NCBI GenBank assembly: GCA_965222375.1
Contig: CBDCTZ010000016.1
Coordinates: 1,344,001 to 1,408,000, forward strand
DNA: 64,000 nt
Reading direction: 5' to 3'
From: Polyangiaceae bacterium
Lineage (GTDB): Bacteria > Myxococcota_A > Polyangia > Polyangiales > Polyangiaceae
In this document: positions 59,396-64,000 of the stretch, piece by piece
How positions within the stretch are numbered: the stretch's first letter is position 1
Layout of the letters: each line of letters opens with the position of its first letter
Notes under the pieces: model-generated
What the model was told of the DNA's origin: nothing
What the model saw: the letters and a program-made list of their open reading frames with translations, nothing else
Databases searched by the model: none
Position numbers and translations under genes: made by a program

Positions 59396-60067
59396 TCACG
59401 GGGCCTCCTCCCTGCGAATGCCGGAAACGATAGCGAAGTCGTCGTCGCCGAGTCGTTTCTCCGTCACGCTTGCGAAGCCGGCAGCCTCCAGAGATTGGAC
59501 CAACCCTTCTACGGGCCGGGTCGTGGTCTGGGTGACGAAGTAGGTCCAGGCCCGAGCGGGGGCGCGGCGCGCGGCGCGCCACACGCGCTGCACGCGTGGG
59601 CGCGGGCGGACCTCATCGGCGATGACCATGCGCCCGCCGACCCGGAGCCTCGAGTAGGCGATCTTGAGCACGTAGTCCCGCTCTTCGGCTGATAGCTCGC
59701 TGAAGACCAAGCAAGACACCACCGCGTCCAGGCTGGCTTCTTCGAATTCGTCTTCGATCTCCATCGCGCCTAGCTCGAGCCACTCGCAGCCGCCATCCAG
59801 CGCTTCTGCCTTGGCTTTTCGCCGCGCAATCTCCAGCATGGCTGGGTTCAGATCGATGCCCACCACGTGGGCGCCCCGCGCGGCGCACGCCAAGGCCACC
59901 CCGCCGGTGCCCGTGCCAACATCGAGCACCCGCGTCTTGGGTCTCGCAACCTGGCTAGCGACGAGTTCGTAGATTGCGTCGATGGTGCCGCCTGACAAAC
60001 GGTGGATCCCACGGTCGTAGCGCTCGGGTGCGGCTTCCAGCACCAACATGTACACGTAGGAGCTCAT
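59396..60067 (-). CDS. Class I SAM-dependent methyltransferase, CpaM-like (corrinoid protein-associated)
   Basis: MSSYVYM.VLE.AP.RYDRGI N-terminus, VLDVGTGTG, GIDLNPAML, FSELS..E, ADE. ATGA-coupled to tetR. Confidence 0.88.
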   Translation of the reverse strand: MSSYVYMLVLEAAPERYDRGIHRLSGGTIDAIYELVASQVARPKTRVLDVGTGTGGVALACAARGAHVVGIDLNPAMLEIARRKAKAEALDGGCEWLELGAMEIEDEFEEASLDAVVSCLVFSELSAEERDYVLKIAYSRLRVGGRMVIADEVRPRPRVQRVWRAARRAPARAWTYFVTQTTTRPVEGLVQSLEAAGFASVTEKRLGDDDFAIVSGIRREEAP

Positions 60068-60693
60068 CGCGCGTTCCTCGCAATCTCGCGTGGTGGGCAA
60101 ACTGCGGCGCCGTCCAGAAACGCGGACACGACGAAATCGGGAACGTCGTTGAGCAGGGGCCACACGCCGCCCGAGCCCCAATGCTGCACGTAGCTCAGGG
60201 AGAGCAGCCCCGTGAACAGCACGGCGAGCTGAGCGGACGAGACATCGCCCCGAAGCTCGCCGCAGGCAACGCCGTCGTCGATGACTTGCTGCACGCGCGA
60301 GATGTACGGCGACAGATGTTGCAGGAGCAGCGGGTAGGTCTCGGGTCGAAAAGCGAGCGCCTCCCGCACCAATACCTTCGTGAAGGCTTCTTGTTCTCGC
60401 AGGACCTCCACATCTGCCCGCGCCAAGTTGAGCAGGCGCTGTCGGGCGCTGGACCCACGCGGTAGCTCGTCGGCTCGACGCGCGGCGAGCCGGGCGCCTT
60501 CCTCCACGACCGCCGCGAACAGCTCTTCCTTGCTGGGGAAGTAGTTGTAGATGGTTCCCTTGGCGAAGCCGGCGGCGACGGAGATCTCGTCTACATTCGC
60601 GCCCTCCAGGCCGTGGTTGGCAAACTGGTCCGCGGCTGTCTTCAGGAGCTTTTCCTGGGTTTGTCGCTTCTTTTCTGCGGTGATCCGTGGCAT
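60064..60693 (-). CDS. TetR/AcrR-family transcriptional regulator
   Basis: LL..A...F...G.....VDEI...AG.AKGTIYNYFPSKEELF. Confidence 0.95.
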   Translation of the reverse strand: MPRITAEKKRQTQEKLLKTAADQFANHGLEGANVDEISVAAGFAKGTIYNYFPSKEELFAAVVEEGARLAARRADELPRGSSARQRLLNLARADVEVLREQEAFTKVLVREALAFRPETYPLLLQHLSPYISRVQQVIDDGVACGELRGDVSSAQLAVLFTGLLSLSYVQHWGSGGVWPLLNDVPDFVVSAFLDGAAVCPPREIARNAR

Positions 60694-60694
60694 T

Positions 60695-60720
60695 TTAATA
60701 TGGGTCTAGACCCATATTAA
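60695..60720. promoter_or_regulatory. Perfect 26-bp palindrome, probable TetR operator
   Basis: TTAATATGGGTCT-AGACCCATATTAA, separated by 1 nt from the tetR ATG. Confidence 0.8.
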
Positions 60721-60748
60721 TTACGATCGTCGAGGCGGCAAGCCGAGG

Positions 60749-60821
60749 TTATTTGAGCTACGCAAATAAATTACTTGCATCACTCAAATATTGATCTATT
60801 CATTGATTGAGCTAATCAAAC
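60749..60821. promoter_or_regulatory. Three TTG-N7-CAA inverted-repeat boxes, probable MarR operators over the arsM promoter
   Basis: TTATTTG-agctacg-CAAATAA at 60749-60769; TACTTG-catcact-CAAATA at 60772-60790; TTG-agctaat-CAA at 60807-60819. Confidence 0.65.
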
Positions 60822-60840
60822 AACGAAAGGAGCTCAAAAC

Positions 60841-61698
60841 ATGACCACGACCTCCCCTTGCTGCGCACCCAGCTGTTGCGGCCCCAGCACTACCCAAAAG
60901 ACGGGCGACACCCCTGATGCGATTCGCGAGCAGGTGCGTTCCCAATATGCCGGCGTAGCGACGCGGGATACCGCAGCCCAAGCTCGCGACGTCTCCCTCG
61001 GCTTGGGCTACTCCGAATCGGATCTGAGCGGCGCCGCAGCGGATGCCAACCTGGGAGTTGGATGCGGCAATCCCACGGCCCTTGCGTCCCTGAAGGCGGG
61101 CGAAACCGTGCTCGATCTCGGTGCAGGTGCGGGTTTGGACGCCCTCATTGCCGGCGACCAAGTTGGCAAAGACGGTCGCATCATCGGTGTGGACATGACT
61201 CCGGAGATGCTCGCCAAAGCCCGAACCAATTCCGTGAAAGCAAACCTGGCCGATCGGGTGGAGTTCCGGGAGGGCGTGATCGAAGATCTTCCCGTCGTCG
61301 ACAACAGCGTCGATGTCGTGATCTCGAACTGCGTGATCAATCTCAGTCCCGACAAACCCCAGGTGTTCCGAGAAGCCTTTCGCGTCTTGAAGCCCGGCGG
61401 TCGCCTGGCGGTCTCGGATATCGCTCTGACCGAGGCGTTGCCCGACGCCATTGCGAGTCGAGCGTCGCTATACGCCGCATGTGTCGGCGGCGCGATGATC
61501 ATCGACGACTACGTCGCGGCCATCAAAGCAGCCGGGTTCACGGACGTGAAGGTCGAGAGCAAAAGCACTGGCGACATGATCGAAAGCTGGATTGCGGACC
61601 CAATCCTGGCTGACGTGGTCGAGGACATTGGCAAAGAAGAAGTACTGCGAGTCGCCAAGACCGTGCGAAGCTACGCAGTGCAGGCCAAGAAACCATGA
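60841..61698 (+). CDS. arsM: Arsenite S-adenosylmethionine methyltransferase
   Basis: SD AAAGGAG; LGY..........ANLGVGCGNP, VLDLGAGAG, GVDMTPEML..AR, DVVISNCVINLSPDK..VFREAFRVLKPGGRLAVSD, CVGGA. Confidence 0.92.
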   Translation: MTTTSPCCAPSCCGPSTTQKTGDTPDAIREQVRSQYAGVATRDTAAQARDVSLGLGYSESDLSGAAADANLGVGCGNPTALASLKAGETVLDLGAGAGLDALIAGDQVGKDGRIIGVDMTPEMLAKARTNSVKANLADRVEFREGVIEDLPVVDNSVDVVISNCVINLSPDKPQVFREAFRVLKPGGRLAVSDIALTEALPDAIASRASLYAACVGGAMIIDDYVAAIKAAGFTDVKVESKSTGDMIESWIADPILADVVEDIGKEEVLRVAKTVRSYAVQAKKP

Positions 61699-62135
61699 AG
61701 GAATTCACCTCGGAGCTCATAGCCATCAGCCGGATCTTCGGCGTTTACGAGCGCGAGCAGGTTTGCTGCGGCACCGTCACGGTGCCGCAGTGCCTCGTGC
61801 TTCAGGCTTTGAGGGACGGGGATAGCGACGTCAACGGGCTGGCCGAACTCTCCCACGTGACGGCCAGCGCGATGACGCGTCTGGTTGACGGCTTGGAAAA
61901 GAATGGCTGGGTCACTCGTGAGCGTTCCGAGGAAGATCGGCGCCGGATCATGGTGGCACTGACCGAGAGCGGGCGCGCCGAGGCCGAGCGCCTGCACCTG
62001 CTCACCCAGCAGAGCGTGGATGCCGTCCTTAAGCAGATCCCCGCGGACAAGCGGGCGCAGGTCGTCGAGTCGGTTCAGCTGGTGCGCAAGGCGCTCGAGG
62101 GCGCCCGAGATACGCTCAAGAACTGCTGCGGGTGA
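61695..62135 (+). CDS. MarR-family regulator with vicinal Cys pairs
   Basis: CCGTVTVPQC, S.MTRLVD.LE..GWV.R.....DRR...V.LT..G, C-terminal CCG. ATGA-coupled to arsM. Confidence 0.9.
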   Translation: MKEFTSELIAISRIFGVYEREQVCCGTVTVPQCLVLQALRDGDSDVNGLAELSHVTASAMTRLVDGLEKNGWVTRERSEEDRRRIMVALTESGRAEAERLHLLTQQSVDAVLKQIPADKRAQVVESVQLVRKALEGARDTLKNCCG

Positions 62136-62245
62136 AGCGCCGACAGTCGACAAGCCGGCCCGGGTCGAGGTGAGCTGACACATCGCGCGCCCCGACCGGG
62201 CGCCGTTGCACTGGACCTCGTGTACGATGCTAGACTGCCGACCCC

Positions 62246-62764
62246 ATGGCGAGCTGGTCCGCGATTGTAGGTGCACGAAGCGACGACAAGGGCGCCGCCT
62301 TACATCACGTGCTGGACTGGCTGCGGGACAGCGGCGTGCGACTCGGGGGATTCTACCAAGAGCGCGTGCTCGATGATGCGGGCGAAGTCGCGGGTTGGGA
62401 TGTCGTCCGCCTCGGCCAACCCGGCCGAGCCAGCCTGGCGCGCCGCAGTGATGAGCCGGACATGTGCGACTACGCTTTCAAGCGTTCGGGCTTTGCTGCT
62501 GCGGCGGCTTGGGTGGACGAACCGGGGGCGGATCTGATCGTGGTTGGTGGCCTGGGCAAGCTCGAAGCAGCTGGTGGCGGCCACTGGCCGGTGGTGGAGG
62601 GCCTGTTGGCAGGCAGTGCACACACGTTGCTGTGCATTCGAGATACCAGCCTATCCGGTGTGGCGCTGCGGCTGCCGGATCCCGTCGCTTACGTGCACCT
62701 GCCTTGTGACCCCGCCGAACTCGATGCCTTCAGTGTCCGGCTGACCCAGCTGTCGCAGGGCTAG
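62246..62764 (+). CDS. DUF2478-like (NTPase-related) protein
   Basis: GVRLGGFYQ, DLIVVGGLGKLEA.GGG. Confidence 0.7.
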   Translation: MASWSAIVGARSDDKGAALHHVLDWLRDSGVRLGGFYQERVLDDAGEVAGWDVVRLGQPGRASLARRSDEPDMCDYAFKRSGFAAAAAWVDEPGADLIVVGGLGKLEAAGGGHWPVVEGLLAGSAHTLLCIRDTSLSGVALRLPDPVAYVHLPCDPAELDAFSVRLTQLSQG

Positions 62765-64000
62765 ATGCGCTCGATCCAGATTGGTGCGGACCAGGCTTGG
62801 CGATCCGTGCCCGTCGCATGCACCTCGACGTAGAAGAAGTGCTCCCCGGGTTCGGCGAACGTGAGGTTGAAGCTCTGCCAGCCCGGACTGGCGGCGGCCT
62901 GTTCGCTCACCAGGGCCACGCCGTCCTGGCCCACGCGCCCAGCGTAGACGCGTACGTCAAAGGGGCCCGCGTAATCGGGATCCTCGACGAAGACTCGCAC
63001 CGGAACGTCCGCGCCCGGGCTCGCGATGAAGCTACCCATCGGCACGCGGTCGAAAGCATAGCTGCGCAGCACCAGATTTTCGTCTTCGCTGGCGTAGATC
63101 TCGCGCTGCTCGATGGCATCCAAAGCACGTAGCTCGGAGAGGGCGTGGGCGATCAGGGCCGTGCGGCTGGTGTGGCCCGTGCCCCAGTTGGCAAAATGAT
63201 TGTCATGACTCGCGACCGGCGCGACGTGAAAGCCGCGGGTCAGAAAGTACTGGTAGTCCGGCACGTGGGTGCGGCGCGTGAAAACGCCGGGCTCGGTGCT
63301 GCTCTCGACGATGCTCGGATTTTGAGGCACCTCGGAGCCCAGGTCCGTGCCGCGGTTCAGGGTGACTTCGACCAACCGGGCATAGGGATCTGCTTCGGCG
63401 ATCAGATTCGCCCAGGTCTCATTCACCGTATTCTCATCGGGTACCGCCTCGCCCCGTATCCAGGCGTCGCGCTTGGCTTTCAGCGGGAAGTAGTCGTCGA
63501 TGCCGAAGTCGTTGAACTTCTTGTTCCGCTCGCCAGCCTTCTCGATCTCCAGCAAGTTCACCCCAAAGACCATGTCCCAACTGCCCTTCAGAACCGCCGG
63601 ATCCCTCGGGAAAGTCTTCGGGTGGTTGAGCATGAAGACTGGGCGATCCCCTTGGGCATCCCGGGAAGGTAGGAAGTCGCTGTAAAGGGAGTCGAAGCGC
63701 CCGCGATCGGTCTTGGCGATGGCCCGGGAACCGAAGATGCCAACGTGGTTCCCGGTACTGTTGGTGCTCCACTCCATGCTCGACAGCGCCAAGAAATCCG
63801 GCGTGCTGACCGCGCGGGCAGCTTCCATCATCCGGGCGTAGCCGCCAGGCGTCATATTGGCGTTGTCGTCGGGATCCTCACCGCCGTCCCGGCAGTGCGG
63901 TGACAGCGCAATGAAGTCCAGGCCTCCCTTGTCCCGGGCATATTCGAAGGCTTGTCGAGCCGCGGCATCCACGGCCTCGGGCACGTCCACGGGCACGACC
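62761..64000 (-). CDS. PHP-like (CehA/McbA-type) metallohydrolase; 5' end outside the window
   Basis: AFEYA....LDFIALSPH, EWS....GNH, NHP, DNHFANWG, IYASED, AWSAPIW. Confidence 0.8.
   Translation of the reverse strand, partial: VVPVDVPEAVDAAARQAFEYARDKGGLDFIALSPHCRDGGEDPDDNANMTPGGYARMMEAARAVSTPDFLALSSMEWSTNSTGNHVGIFGSRAIAKTDRGRFDSLYSDFLPSRDAQGDRPVFMLNHPKTFPRDPAVLKGSWDMVFGVNLLEIEKAGERNKKFNDFGIDDYFPLKAKRDAWIRGEAVPDENTVNETWANLIAEADPYARLVEVTLNRGTDLGSEVPQNPSIVESSTEPGVFTRRTHVPDYQYFLTRGFHVAPVASHDNHFANWGTGHTSRTALIAHALSELRALDAIEQREIYASEDENLVLRSYAFDRVPMGSFIASPGADVPVRVFVEDPDYAGPFDVRVYAGRVGQDGVALVSEQAAASPGWQSFNLTFAEPGEHFFYVEVHATGTDRQAWSAPIWIERI

Noticed and set aside
58658..59692. 344-aa plus-strand ORF in the island
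   Set aside because: Antisense to the HgcAB-like and methyltransferase genes; no recognisable motifs.
1..64000. rRNA, tRNA, transposases, prophage genes
   Set aside because: None recognised; a covariance-model scan would be needed to exclude small RNAs.

Overview
GC-rich bacterial chromosome segment, most likely from a myxobacterium of the Polyangiales/Sorangiineae type. This inference rests on RomR-like and SgmX-like motility proteins, a MYXO-CTERM protein, many lipoproteins with Gly-rich tethers, and a PEGA Ser/Thr kinase. The housekeeping genes look intact: pntA1A2B, valS, hrcA, skp-lpxD-fabZ-lpxA, tldD and pdxA. They are interspersed with accessory secreted or lipoprotein genes, several of which are truncated or frameshifted. 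The most striking locus is at 58.1-62.8 kb. One arm is tetR, a SAM methyltransferase (CpaM-like), and an HgcAB-like fusion of corrinoid domain, membrane segment and ferredoxin. It is transcribed divergently from arsM, a Cys-pair marR and a DUF2478-like gene. The shared AT-rich 147-bp intergenic region holds a perfect 26-bp palindrome and three TTG-N7-CAA boxes. This is a candidate corrinoid-linked metal(loid) methylation system of unknown substrate. I recognised no rRNA, tRNA, CRISPR array or transposase. All family calls come from motif recognition by eye, not database searches.
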